Assembly (NCBI GenBank): GCA_963707895.1
Contig: CAVPRS010000002.1
Location: 432,202 to 496,201, forward strand
Origin: an uncultured Actinomycetota bacterium
GTDB lineage: Bacteria > Actinomycetota > Actinomycetes > Actinomycetales > Dermatophilaceae
Direction of reading: 5' to 3'
Length of the DNA stretch: 64,000 bases
Part shown: positions 45,772 through 56,514 of the stretch, piece by piece
Layout: the number at the start of each line of letters is the position of its first letter
How positions within the stretch are numbered: the stretch's first letter is position 1
Notes under the pieces: model-generated
Database searches by the model: none
Told to the model about the DNA's origin: nothing
The model's input: the letters and a program-made list of their open reading frames with translations, nothing else
Made by a program: the position numbers and the translations under genes

Positions 45772-46243
45772 CCTCCGCACCTCATTTCGGCGGTACCAGC
45801 GGGGATCGGCGGGGTGAGCGCCCCACCGAAGAGTCGGGACGCGGGCCCGAGGACGATGTAGGTGAACCCGCTCACGGTCACGGTCACCCGCTGCCGGTCG
45901 AGCGGCCCGGGAGAGCTCGGGCAGTCGCCAGTGGTGGAGTGCCGGCGGCGGTGAGCGTGTTGGCGGCGCCCTGGACCAGCCAGTAGGAGTTCGTGTTCGC
46001 CCCGCCCTGCACACCGGTCAGCGACTGGCTGATCCGGGTGTCCGAGGCGGCGGTGGTGTAACCGAGGGCCCGGCTGCGGGCCCCTTCACGCGCGGCGTTG
46101 ACCACGATGTTCTGGGTGTAGAAGAACCGACCGAAGTCGATGATGCCCCCCACGATGAGAAGCAGGAGGGGCAGCACGATGGCCATCTCAACGGCTGCGG
46201 CGGCACGCTCACGGCGCGGCACGGCGGCGAGTCGGCGACTCAT
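45768..46243 (-). CDS. tadE: TadE-family pseudopilin, frameshift(s) in 3' half
   Basis: ERAAAAVEMAIVLP...IIDFG...AAREGAR; ends EMRCGG. Confidence 0.85.
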
Positions 46244-46395
46244 GCGCTCCACTTCCTTTCCCGGTACGTATGGGCACCACAGAGGGGGACGAAGGGGTAT
46301 TCTCCGCCAGCTCACCACGCCAAGTTAAACACTGCTCGGCTGGGAGCTGGCCGGACGAAGGCTGAGACGACTCTGGGAGCCGGCTCGGTGACCTG

Positions 46396-46563
46396 TCAGA
46401 TGCTGGTGGCGGCGTTCGTGAAGAACGTCGAGAGGTTGGTGCCCAGGAGCGTCACCGCCGCGATGATCACGAGCGCGATGAGCATGACCATGAGGGCGTA
46501 CTCGACCGCGGTCGCGCCCTCCTCGGCGGAGGACCTGAACCTGCGAGTGAGTGCTGTGGTCAT
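46396..46563 (-). CDS. flp: Flp pilin 3 (55 aa)
   Basis: EEG/ATAVEYALMVMLIALVIIAAVTLLGTNLSTFFTNAATSI. Confidence 0.93.
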   Translation of the reverse strand: MTTALTRRFRSSAEEGATAVEYALMVMLIALVIIAAVTLLGTNLSTFFTNAATSI

Positions 46564-46609
46564 TCGACACTTCCTTGGGTGCTGGGCCGAAGGCCCGGAG
46601 CGAAAGAGA

Positions 46610-46656
46610 GAGGACGTCGGTCGCGATGGGGTCACCCGACCGCGACCGACGCCCTC
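46610..46656 (-). terminator. Probable intrinsic terminator between pilin 2 and pilin 3
   Basis: 16-bp stem (one G-U pair) GAGGGCGTCGGTCGCG/CGCGACCGACGTCCTC, followed by TCTCTTTCG on the minus strand. Confidence 0.65.
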
Positions 46657-46672
46657 CTCGTGAAGCTTGTGC

Positions 46673-46840
46673 CTAGACGCTGCTCGCGACGGTGTTGAAC
46701 AGGCTGCTGAGGTTGGTCCCGAGAAGGGCCACAGCGACGATGATGACGATTGCGATCAGTGCCACCATCAGGCCGTACTCAACGGCGGTCGCCCCCTGCT
46801 CCGAACGAACCGTCTGAAGTCGAGCGAGTGCCTTGCGCAT
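46673..46840 (-). CDS. flp: Flp pilin 2 (55 aa)
   Basis: MRKALARLQTVRSEQG/ATAVEYGLMVALIAIVIIVAVALLGTNLSSLFNTVASSV. Confidence 0.94.
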   Translation of the reverse strand: MRKALARLQTVRSEQGATAVEYGLMVALIAIVIIVAVALLGTNLSSLFNTVASSV

Positions 46841-46880
46841 GTCGAGCTCCTTTGAGTCGTTGGAGAGTTGGTGGGGTGGA

Positions 46881-47049
46881 TCAGACGCTGGTGGCGACCT
46901 TGTTGAACAGGCTGCTGAGGTTGGTGCCCAGGAGGGCCACCGCGACGATGATGACGATCGCGATGAGGGCGACCATGAGGCCGTACTCGACGGCGGTCGC
47001 GCCCTTCTCCGAGCGGAGGCTTCTGGAGCTTGATGAGTGCCTTGGTCAT
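46881..47049 (-). CDS. flp: Flp pilin 1 (one extra base near 47019)
   Basis: 169 nt; removing one base gives MTKALIKLQKLRSEKG/ATAVEYGLMVALIAIVIIVAVALLGTNLSSLFNKVATSV. Confidence 0.9.
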
Positions 47050-47264
47050 GATGGGAGTGCCTTTCGGGTCTGATGGTCGGTGCATGTCGAGCAGGCACAA
47101 CACTGTCAGCCGCAGCACGCCGTGGCGATGGGCCGATGGGGCGGTGTCGCACCTCCGAACGGACCGAGCACATCGACCGTTCGGCCGATCGCCACGCGCG
47201 GCGGCGACCACGCTCGAATCTGCGATGCTTCGGCCCCTGAGCACTCGGATCGAGAAGGTGATGT

Positions 47265-48685
47265 ATGGACGACGCGGCGCCTGCCGAGCCCACGGACACG
47301 CCCGAACAGTCCTTCAGCACCGCAACTCTCTGGCTGCTCACCCTGGGCGGAGGGCTCCTGGCCGCGCTGCTCATCAGGCTGCGTCAGGGGGTCGACCCCG
47401 ACCTGTGGCTGCACCTGCGGCTCGGGGCAGCAGCTGCGCTCCGGCGAGCGCTTCCAGCGCCTGCCGGACCCTCTCGTGGTGCTCGCCGACCAGCCGTACT
47501 CCCCCACGCAGTGGCTCTCCGAGGTCGTCATGAGCGTGGTGCACGACGTCACCGGGGTGGCCGGCATCCACGTGCTGCGGGCCCTGGCGGTCGTGGCCCT
47601 GCTGACGTTCCTGCAGCTCACCGCCGCCGTGTACACGACACCGGTTCGCGCTGCCGGCGTCGCCCTGCCCGCCATCGTGGCGACCGCCGCGCAGTGGGGC
47701 GAGCGGCCGCAGCTGGCCGGCCTGGTGCTCCTCGCGGTGACGACCTGGCTGTGGTCACGGGCTCGTCGCGACGCCACGGTGCCCTGGCTCGTCATCCCGC
47801 TGACCTGGGTCTGGGCGATGCTGCACGGCTCCTGGGTGCTCGGTGTCGCCACCGGGGGGCTGTTCGTGGTGGCGATGCTGCTCGAGCAGCCGCGGCGCCA
47901 ACGGTCCTGGGGCCGGCTGGTCGGGGTGGTGGCGGCGTCCGTGGCCGTCGCCGGGCTGACCCCGCTCGGGCCGTCGCTGCTGCTCGAGCCCCTCGCGGTC
48001 GGGGCGGCGGCTCGCGGCAGGGTCAACGAGTGGGCCGCACCGGAGCTCACCAACCCGCTCGTCCTCGTCGTGGTCCTGATGGCCTGGTCGTCCTCGTTCG
48101 CTCGGTTCGCCACCTGCGAGCCAGCCTGCCGGAGCTGCTGATCGCGGCGGCGGGCGTCGCCCTGGCCACCACGGCGGTGCGCACGATCGCCTTCGGTGCG
48201 GTGCTCGTGGTGCCTGCCCTGGCGGCCGCCTTCGCTCGCGAGGTGCCGGTCGGGCAGGCCCGGGAACGCTTCTCGCCGTGGCCGCTCGTCGTGACCGGCG
48301 CACTGCTGCTCGTCGTTCCCGGCGTCGTCCTCGGCGCGCCCTCGTCAGGGCCGCTGCCGCCCTCGGTCGACGCCGCCGTGGCGCAGCTGCCCACGGGTTC
48401 CGTCGTCGCGGTCGAGCCGGCGTCCTCGGGCTGGGTGCTCTGGGACCACCCGAGGTGCGACCGCTGCGGGACCTGCGCGCCGAGGTCTACTCGGCCCCGG
48501 TCGCCGAGGCCTACGAGTCGTTCTACCGGGCCGAGCCGGGCTGGCAGGCCTACGCCGCGGCACACGACGTCGCGGCGCTGGTGCTCGTCGACGGGTCGGC
48601 TCTGGACCGTGCCGTGCGCTCGGATGCCGGCTGGCGGCAGGTCGCGCGCGAGGACCACCACGTCGTGTGGCAACGCACGGCCTGA
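47265..48685 (+). CDS. Polytopic membrane protein, putative GT-C glycosyltransferase (paralog A1), frameshifted
   Basis: First loop DPDLWLHLRLG, then ERPQ, WAMLHGSW, VNEW and RAEVY; many TM segments plus a C-terminal soluble domain. Confidence 0.62.
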
Positions 48686-48697
48686 CCGGCGCCGGCC

Positions 48698-50056
48698 TCA
48701 GCCCTGCCGGGTGAGCACGACGTAGCCGTCGGTGCGCGCGGTCTCGACCCAGCCCCCACCGGCGAGCACCTCGGGCAGCAGGTCGTCCTGCACCACCGCG
48801 ACGTCGACGTCAGCGGCTCCGGCGGGGACCCGCCCGTCGTGCAGGAAGTCGAGGAACTGCGCCTGCACCGTCGCGGGGGAACGCGTCGATCGGGTTCGCC
48901 GCCCACACCGTCAGGCCGGCCTGGGCGAGGGTCTCGGCCAGCGGCTCGTCGGCCAGCACCGGCCGACCGTCGGCGACGGCTCGAACCGTCTCGACCACGG
49001 CCGCCCCCGGCGGGCCGACCTGCTCGGCGCGGCGGTCCAGCTGCCAGGCGCACACGAGCACCGACACGAGCGCACCCGCACCGACGACCTGCCACCACCA
49101 GCGCGGCCGTGCCGCCGACGGCTCGACCGACGGCCCCGTCTCGACCGCAGCCCGGCTGCCGCCGGCGCGACGAACAGCACCATCCAGACGCCGTTGCGGG
49201 CCGTCATCAGCATGGCGACGACCAGCCCCGCCGTGGCCAGCCACTCCCACAGCGGCAGCCCGCGTCGCACGCACATCCCGACCAGCACTGCGGCCGCGAG
49301 CAGCATGGCGAGGTCGAGGGGGTCGCCCAGGTCGGGCGCCGCCCACAGGTCGGTTCCACGCGCCGCCGCCTCGTTGGTGAGCACCCCGACGTAGTAGGCA
49401 GGGGTGCCGAGCCCGGCGGAGGTGGCGAGGAGAGCCAGTGCCGCGGCCACCCCCACGAGCGCCCGCCGCACCAGCGAGCCGCCTCCCCGGGACGCGACGA
49501 GGAAGACCCCGAGTACCGCCATGCCGACGAGCACCCCGCCGTGCAGGTTGCCCCAGAGGGCGTAGAGGGGCACGAGCCACCACACGGCGCGCGAGGGCTC
49601 GGCGTGCTGGCGGCGCATGATCGCCACGGCCACCACGAACGGCAGCAACGACAGGTCCGGCAGCCTCGCGACCGCGAACGCCGTGGCGCAGCCGACCACG
49701 ACGAGGGCCACGACCGCGGTGGTGCGCACGTCGCCGCCCCCGAGCCGACGCGACTCCGCGACCACGACCGAGAGCGTCGCGGCGACCACGAGCAGGTGCA
49801 GTGCCGCCAGCCCGATCGGCCCGGCGGCGTGGACCAGCGAGAGCAGCACCTGGCCCACCGCGATCGGGTTGTGCCAGTCGGCCTGTGGCGCGCTGGCGAA
49901 CGGGATGCCGTGCGGCACCGCGCCGGTGTCGCGGATGACGTCCCCCATGGCGACGACCCACATCAGGTCGGAGCCGAGGATCGTCAGGCCGGCGAGGAGC
50001 GCGGTCCAGAGCGCCACCGAGAGCTCGGGAAGTGGGAACGGACGTCGCGCCGCCAT
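48698..50056 (-). CDS. Polytopic membrane protein, putative GT-C glycosyltransferase (paralog A2), frameshifted
   Basis: GSDLMWVVAMG, ARLPDLS, WGNLHGG and TDLWA align with A1 motifs. Confidence 0.58.
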
Positions 50057-50129
50057 GCCGTCCTCACTGTCTCGCATCGCTTTTCCCAAGCCGGCTCGGG
50101 CCGTCGGGGGCTCGACCATAATGCATCGG

Positions 50130-51726
50130 GTGAGCCGAGCCCCGGACGACGCTGACGAGAGCGGGCCGAGCCACCGGGAGCTGCAAGGAGCCCGCGCTTG
50201 GACCCCCGAGCCGGCACGAGGCGAGTCGGCTGGCCAAGGTCCTGGCCATCGTGCTGGCTTCCTCGTCGCTGAAGTCGGCCGCCCCGGTTCGCGATGCCGA
50301 CACCTTCTGGCACATCGCGTCCGGTCGACAGATCCGCGCGACTGGACGCTCATCGGCCCCGACCCCCTGTCCCCCTTCACGCTGAGCCCCTGGATCCGGC
50401 ACGCATGGCTACGCGGACATCGCCTTCGGCGCTGCTCGACGACGCGGGAGGCCCCGAACTCCTCGCGGTCGCACTGCCCGCTCATGGTGGCGCTCGTCGT
50501 CACTGGTGACCTCTACGTGGTGCTGCGCCAGTTCGCCGGCGATCCTGCTCGCCCGCTGCTGCTCGGTCTCGCCTTCCTCACGATGAGCGGCAGCATTTCG
50601 CTGCGCCCGCAGGTGATCTCGTTCGCGGGGACGGCAGCCGTGACGGGCCTGTGGCTGGCTGTGGGCTCGCGGCGGCCGCGTTCCGTGGGTGGTCGTCCCG
50701 ATCACCTGGGTCTGGGCGTGCTGCCACGGTCTCTGGATGGTGTCCCCGGTGATCGGCGCCGCCGTCGTGGTCGGGTCGATGCTCGACCGCAGGTCGCTCG
50801 ACGGGCAGCGCCGCGGCCCGTCCTCATCGTCGGCGGCCAGCGCCCTCGCCGGCGCGCGTCACCCCGGTCGGGCCGGGGCTGCTCCTCGCGCCCCTGCAGG
50901 TCCGCGCGATCGCGCCGTTCATCCAGGAGTGGCAGCCGGACTCCGCTCACGAGCCTCCCCTGCTGCGCCGTGTGGGCCATCCTCATCATGGCCCTCGTCG
51001 CATGCGTGCGACTGCGGCGCCGGCCGCCCTTCGACCCACGTCGCTCTCCTCCCGCTGGCCCTGACTGCTCGGGCTGACGGCAGGGCGGACGGTGGGCATC
51101 GCCGGCATCATCGCTGCCTGCACGGTGGCCGGCGCGCATCCAGGACGCGATGCCCATGGTTCGCGAGAGCTGGAACCGATCCGAGCTACTGCGCAACCCT
51201 GGGCGGCCGCGACGATCGGTGTGCGCTGGGTGCAGCGCTGATCCTGTCGCGCCCCACAGGCCGTCAGCGGGTACCCCCCGCACGCCCTTCCAGGCTCTCA
51301 GGGAGCCCCCGCGGGACCGTTGTGTGCACGGAGTACGAAGCGGGATCCTGGCTGCTGTGGATGCACCCGGGGCTCGTGCCCACCGTGGACGGTCGCACCG
51401 AGATCTACCCGCCGTCCCAGTTGAGGGCCGCGCGAGCGCTCGCCAACGGCAGCCCCGCAGCGGGCGGGTCGATCAGCGAGTCGAGTGGATGTCGATACGC
51501 CCTCGTCCGTACGGGCGGAGCATCCGCCCGGCTCCTCAGCGAGCGGAATCGGCTGCTCGAGGCCAACGGCGAACTGTCGCTGTACAGTTGGCCTCAGGTC
51601 GGGTGCAAGTTCACCGTGCTGACGTGCACACGTTCCGGCGCCGAGGCGCTCGCAATGCGGATACCCCGGGCGAGCCGTCGCGCAGGTTCGTGGCTGATGA
51701 CCGAGACTGCTCGTTGTGGGTGCTGA
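50130..51726 (+). CDS. Polytopic membrane protein, putative GT-C glycosyltransferase (paralog A3), heavily frameshifted
   Basis: DADTFWHIASG (~50293), LRPQVISF, WACCHGLW, IQEW and VDGRTEIY; both ends approximate. Confidence 0.55.
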
Positions 51727-51733
51727 GACCGAG

Positions 51734-53920
51734 GTGCGTGGAATCGCGCGGCTCCGCTCCCGTCGGCGCGAGTTCGTGAGCGCCGCCATCGCGGCCCTCC
51801 TGGCGACCGTCGTCGGGGTCACCTCCTTGCGCCTCTGGGAGTGGCGACCGGGCATTCCACTCTCGATCGTCGGGGATTCGCCCCTAGTGCTGACCCAGAT
51901 CGACGACATCCTTCGCAATGGATGGTTCTGGAGCAACGGCGCCGATCGGCTTCCCGCTTGGGCCAGAACGCGTCCTTCTATCCTGAGCTCGACGTCATCC
52001 ACATCTTCGGCGTCAAGCTGCTCGGGCTGTTCGGCGGTGGGGCCGCCACGGTCGGCACCGTCTACTTCGTCCTCGTGTACCCGCTTGTAGCGGTGACGAC
52101 CTACCTGCTCTGCCGTAGCGAGCGCTTGGGCCGGACGGCTTCGGTCGTGGTGGCCGTGCTGTTTCGCCGTCGCGCCTTACCACGCACAGCGCTTCCAGCA
52201 CTTCTGGCTGGCGGCCTACTGGACCGTGCCGATCGCCATGTGGCTCGTGCTCCTTGCGGCGAGAGGCAGGACGCCTGCGGACGGACAGGCCGACGCAGCC
52301 GGGGTCGGCTGCTGCTTTGGGTGCTCGCGCTCGCCATCGTCGGCCTCAGCGGCGCCTACTACTCGGGCTTCACCCTCATCCTGCTGGCGGCTGTTACAGT
52401 TCTGAGGGCGGGTGGAGGTCGCCCTGCGGGCTGGTGGCGTGGAGGGCTGGCCTCGATCGCCGGGGTCGGTCTCGTCGCGGCACTGCCGCTCGTCGCTGCA
52501 CGGATCGGCATGTCCGGGACCCCGCTCACGGGTCCGCGTCCAGCGTCGCGCAACCCACTGGAGTCAGAGCGGTACGCCGGTCGCATCATCGACCTCGTGC
52601 TGCCCTGGGAAGGACATCGCCTGACGCCGCTGGCAGACCTCACCAACCTCTACCAGGCGGCTGGCCGACCGGTGTTCGAGACCGTGGCGCTCGGTGTCGT
52701 CGGGCCTCTGCGGAGTCACGGCCCTCCTCCTCATCGGCTTACGATCGCTCGCGATCTCGAGACCGGTTCCCACCAGACTGCGTCTTTGGGCGGCCCTGCT
52801 CATCGTGGCTGGGCTCTTCTTCACGGCCGGCGGTCTGGGAAGCGTCGTGGCGCTCCTCGCCACACCCCAGCTACGAACCTGGTCACGGCTGTCACTGTTC
52901 ATCCTGCTCCTCGGCCTGTTGGCGGTCGGGCACTGGCTCAGCCGCCCTCGCCCCGATGGGTGGCCATCGCCCTTCCGGCAGTCGTCCTCGTCGTTGGTGT
53001 TCTCGACCAGACCAACCCCGGCACGGCACCCCACTACGCAGAGATCCGTGCCCGTATGGACGGCATCACCGCCTACACGCACGCGCTGGAGGATGCGACT
53101 CAAAGGCCAGGGTGCGGCGTCCTCCAGCTGCCCGTGATGCGTTTCCCCGAGGGCAACCTGCCCCAGGGCTACGACATCAACGCCCAGCTCCTCCAGCACC
53201 TGACGACCGACCAGCTTGCCGTGGAGCCATGGAGGAATGAGCGGTACCCAGGCCGGGGACTGGTCGCTCGGCCTGGACCTCAGAGGACCCTGACCGGCTC
53301 CTGCGTGAACTACGGTCGGCCGGGTTCTGCGCCATCGAAGTCGACACGGCAGGAGTGCCCGCGGACAATGCGGCTGTTGCCTCGCTCACCACCCCCTTGG
53401 GCGACCCGGTGGCGGAGTCGGCCGACGGACGGCTCAAGCTTGGTCGCTCGGATCCGTTCCCCCCGGGTCGGCGGCCGACCGGGCCCGACTGCTCGAACCG
53501 GTACTCGTGGGGTGTCGTCCGGCGGGATCGCGATGAACGGCGATCGAGTCCATCAGGACGTCGGCCCCCTGACGTCGTTCTTCACCGAGAACCTGTCGAC
53601 GAGTCCGACTGGCCCGATAACAGTCTCCGTCGACGCCACAGCTCTCGGCGCGCCCGAGCGGGAGGTCATCGTCCGGGACGGCGAAAAGATCTCTCGTTCG
53701 CACGACGATCTCCGAGAACACTCCTACGAAGCTGACCTTTGACGTGGACGCACCGGCGGGATACCACACACTAGACGTCAGCGTCTCAGGTGAACCCATG
53801 AGGGACGAGAACGACACCAGCGTCTCCGCGCGATTCGAGAATCTCGAGGCAACCTCCCGCGGCTCCGTTCGCGTAGCGAGCCTGCATGACCAAGCGCGCT
53901 CTCAGCTCGTCCTGCCGTGA
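51734..53920 (+). CDS. Large membrane protein, putative GT-C (YfhO-like) transferase, frameshifted
   Basis: GDS...ILRNGWFWSN, FYPELD, GAYYSGF, QLRTWSRLS and VLQLPVMRFPE; many TM segments plus an extracellular C-terminus. Confidence 0.55.
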
Positions 53921-53927
53921 CGGCCGC

Positions 53928-55748
53928 TCAGGCGCATGCCCAGTCGCCGAAGGCGGTGCGTGGTCGTAGCACCTCCACATCGGCTTTGAGCCAGATCATC
54001 GGCGTCTGGGGTCGCGCGAGCTTCGCCACTACGTCGTAGTATGCGCCTCGTCGAACCCGTACGGGAAAGTAAGACAAGGCCCAGATCACGGTCATCACCT
54101 GGCGATCGCAGAACCACTGCAGAGGCGCGATTGTGACACGTGGACCTCGTTCAAGAGCCAGTTCGGCGGCGTCGTCTGCAGTCGGGAACGTGGTGAAGAA
54201 GAACGCTCGACCCAGAGGTCGCCGACCGACTGGGCACCGACAGCCGGGCGAGGTTCCGTGAGGTTCATCGTGGGGGTTGAGGCAGAGATGCCGAGCTGTC
54301 CCCGGCTTCGCGATCTTCGCATCGTTGGCGCCCATTTCATGGGCAGGAGCAGCGTGCGGCCCCCGAACTGAGCGGGCGTGTGTGACGTGTAGACTCGGGT
54401 CCGGCCGCCGATCCCGGCGAAGGAAGACATGGACCACGCGGCCGCTGCCGCTAGGCAGGCGCCAGTGACGATTTACCTTCGACCAACGGGCTGCCCAGCC
54501 CGCCCATGGGCAAGGTCGAGGAGTACCAGGCAAGCGAGGGCCGAAGGCGAAGGCGGCATGCCCGATCTCGCCAGAGAATGGCTGGTTGGTGCCGAATGAT
54601 AGACGTAGGGTAGAGCCAACAGCATGAGCACCGTCATCGCCAACGGTTCTCGTCTTCGCAAGGAGCGAAGGAAGGCTCGCCGTTCGGCTGCGATCAGCAG
54701 GACGACCCCGAGTGCGATCGAAAAAAAATCGCTACCGCCTGATCGCCCATCGATGTCTGCGCGAGGAGGGATGCGAGCAACGATGCTGTGACTCCCGCAA
54801 CCGCGAGGGCCGAGACAACCACGGCCAAGGCGACGATGGATGCCCCACGGCTCTCCTGCTGCTTTGTCACGAACAGGCCCACCACGGCCAGGCCTAGCAG
54901 CGGTAGACCGACGACCACCCCCGCGATGGGCTGGGCCGTGAAGCCAAACAGGCCAGCCACGGAAGGGTACGCACCTGCCGCCCGGACCAGCCGAGTCCGC
55001 CAGCCACATACCGGAAGGCCTCAACCGGGGTCATGCCGCACACCGCCAACACCAGGCCTGCGGACACTGCTCCAGCAGCGACCCACGCGATCACCATCCG
55101 CCTTGAGAGCACGCGCATCAGCCAGCCGGCCGCAGGAACCGCCACCATCAAGGCGACGCCGCTGCTCGGCTTCCCCACGGCAGTCAGCACCGTTCCCAAC
55201 CCTGCCACGGCGCCCCCGACCATCGGCGATTTCTGAGCCCGAAGTAGCCCAAGAGAAACAACGGCGAGGCCCAACAGCGCCAAGACGCGGTACCCGGGTA
55301 TCCGCGGCGTGAAGGCGAAGGCCGTGGTCGCTATCCCCACGATAGGGATCACGACGGCGAGCCTGGCGGTCCACCGCATGGCGGGCATACCGTGCTGCGC
55401 GGTCACCCGCAGAGCGGTGTCGCTGAGAACTGCGACCGACGCGAAGAGCGCGACCATTCCCAGGATACGGAAGGTGGCGACATCATCGCCCAGCACCCCG
55501 AACAGTGGGTGAAGTAGAGGGCCGATCAGAAATGGTTCGCCGATCGCCATCGTCGAACTTGGGTCGCGAATGATGGAGAGCAGATAGCTCTCGTCACCCA
55601 AGTCGACTCCCCGACCAGCGAATCCGAGGGTGAGCGCCAGCAACACGGCGGCGCACGCGACCGGACAGAGCATCGCGATGGCCGTATATCGGCGCGCGAG
55701 GGCCCGGTCTGCCGTGCCCGCCGGCCGCTCAGTCGTCGTAAGCACCAC
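53928..55748 (-). CDS. Membrane protein, putative GT-C (paralog B1), multiple frameshifts
   Basis: GVDLGDESYLL first loop; RIPGYR, GRAFFF and EVLRPR shared with 60919..62706. Confidence 0.58.
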
Positions 55749-56514
55749 GTGGCCACGCATGAATCGTGGTGAATGCGGAGATCGGGCGAAAACCGAAGGA
55801 GGCCCACGCCGACTGAACGGCGGAGTTCGCCGCTTGGGTAGAGATGACAAGCCGCTCGGCTCCAAGCTTCGACGCCTCGGAAAGCAGCCCCTGAAGCAGG
55901 GCCCGGTAATGCCCCGACTTGCGTTGACGGGTGACAGTACCCGCCAGTTCGACCTCCAGACTCCCGTCGGCCAACACGAGGGTCGTCGCCAGAGACATCA
56001 CTTCGCCGCCCTGGACCAGGGCAAAGCACCTCGCCGGGGACTCGGCCGCTGCCCTGCTGCCCCACTCGACATACCCTGCAAGGACGTCGTCCGCGTCGAA
56101 CTGAGAGCTGGCGGAGTAGTGATTGGGGTAGTTCTCGAAGACATCCCTCACGAGCTCAGGCCATTGCGTGGTGAGGGCCGGTTCGTTCGCCAGGGACACA
56201 AAACCGAGGGGTGAACCGATGGCCCCGATGGTTGGTGCGCTCCAGTAGACCAAGGTGTCCGCCGGGTACAGGACCCAGCCCATTTCTGAAAGCCTCTGGC
56301 CCACACCGGTCATACGCGCTGGCCACCTGATGATTGCAACCTTGGGATCGAGTCGGGACACATGCCGAGCGATCTCCTGAGCGGCATGGCAGGCGCTGCC
56401 GTCCCCTTCGCCTTCGCGGACCGTGATGCGAGCTGTCCCCAAGCCGAATCGGGCAGTGTCGTAGGGACTCAGCCCTGCTGTGATACCACGGCCGCGCAGG
56501 TCATCCCAGCTCAT
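55729..56514 (-). CDS. wecD: WecD/RffC-like GNAT dTDP-aminosugar N-acetyltransferase
   Basis: YDTARFG, YVEWG and VELAGT...LVISTQAANSAVQ motifs; ATGA-coupled to wecE. Confidence 0.65.
   Translation of the reverse strand: MSWDDLRGRGITAGLSPYDTARFGLGTARITVREGEGDGSACHAAQEIARHVSRLDPKVAIIRWPARMTGVGQRLSEMGWVLYPADTLVYWSAPTIGAIGSPLGFVSLANEPALTTQWPELVRDVFENYPNHYSASSQFDADDVLAGYVEWGSRAAAESPARCFALVQGGEVMSLATTLVLADGSLEVELAGTVTRQRKSGHYRALLQGLLSEASKLGAERLVISTQAANSAVQSAWASFGFRPISAFTTIHAWPRGAYDD

Noticed and set aside
46340-46384. Direct repeat CTGGGAGCYGGC twice between flp3 and tadE
   Set aside because: Only two short GC-rich copies; could be chance.
47050-47264. c-di-GMP or other riboswitch upstream of the pilins
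   Set aside because: No recognisable aptamer consensus by eye; an Rfam/Infernal scan would be needed.
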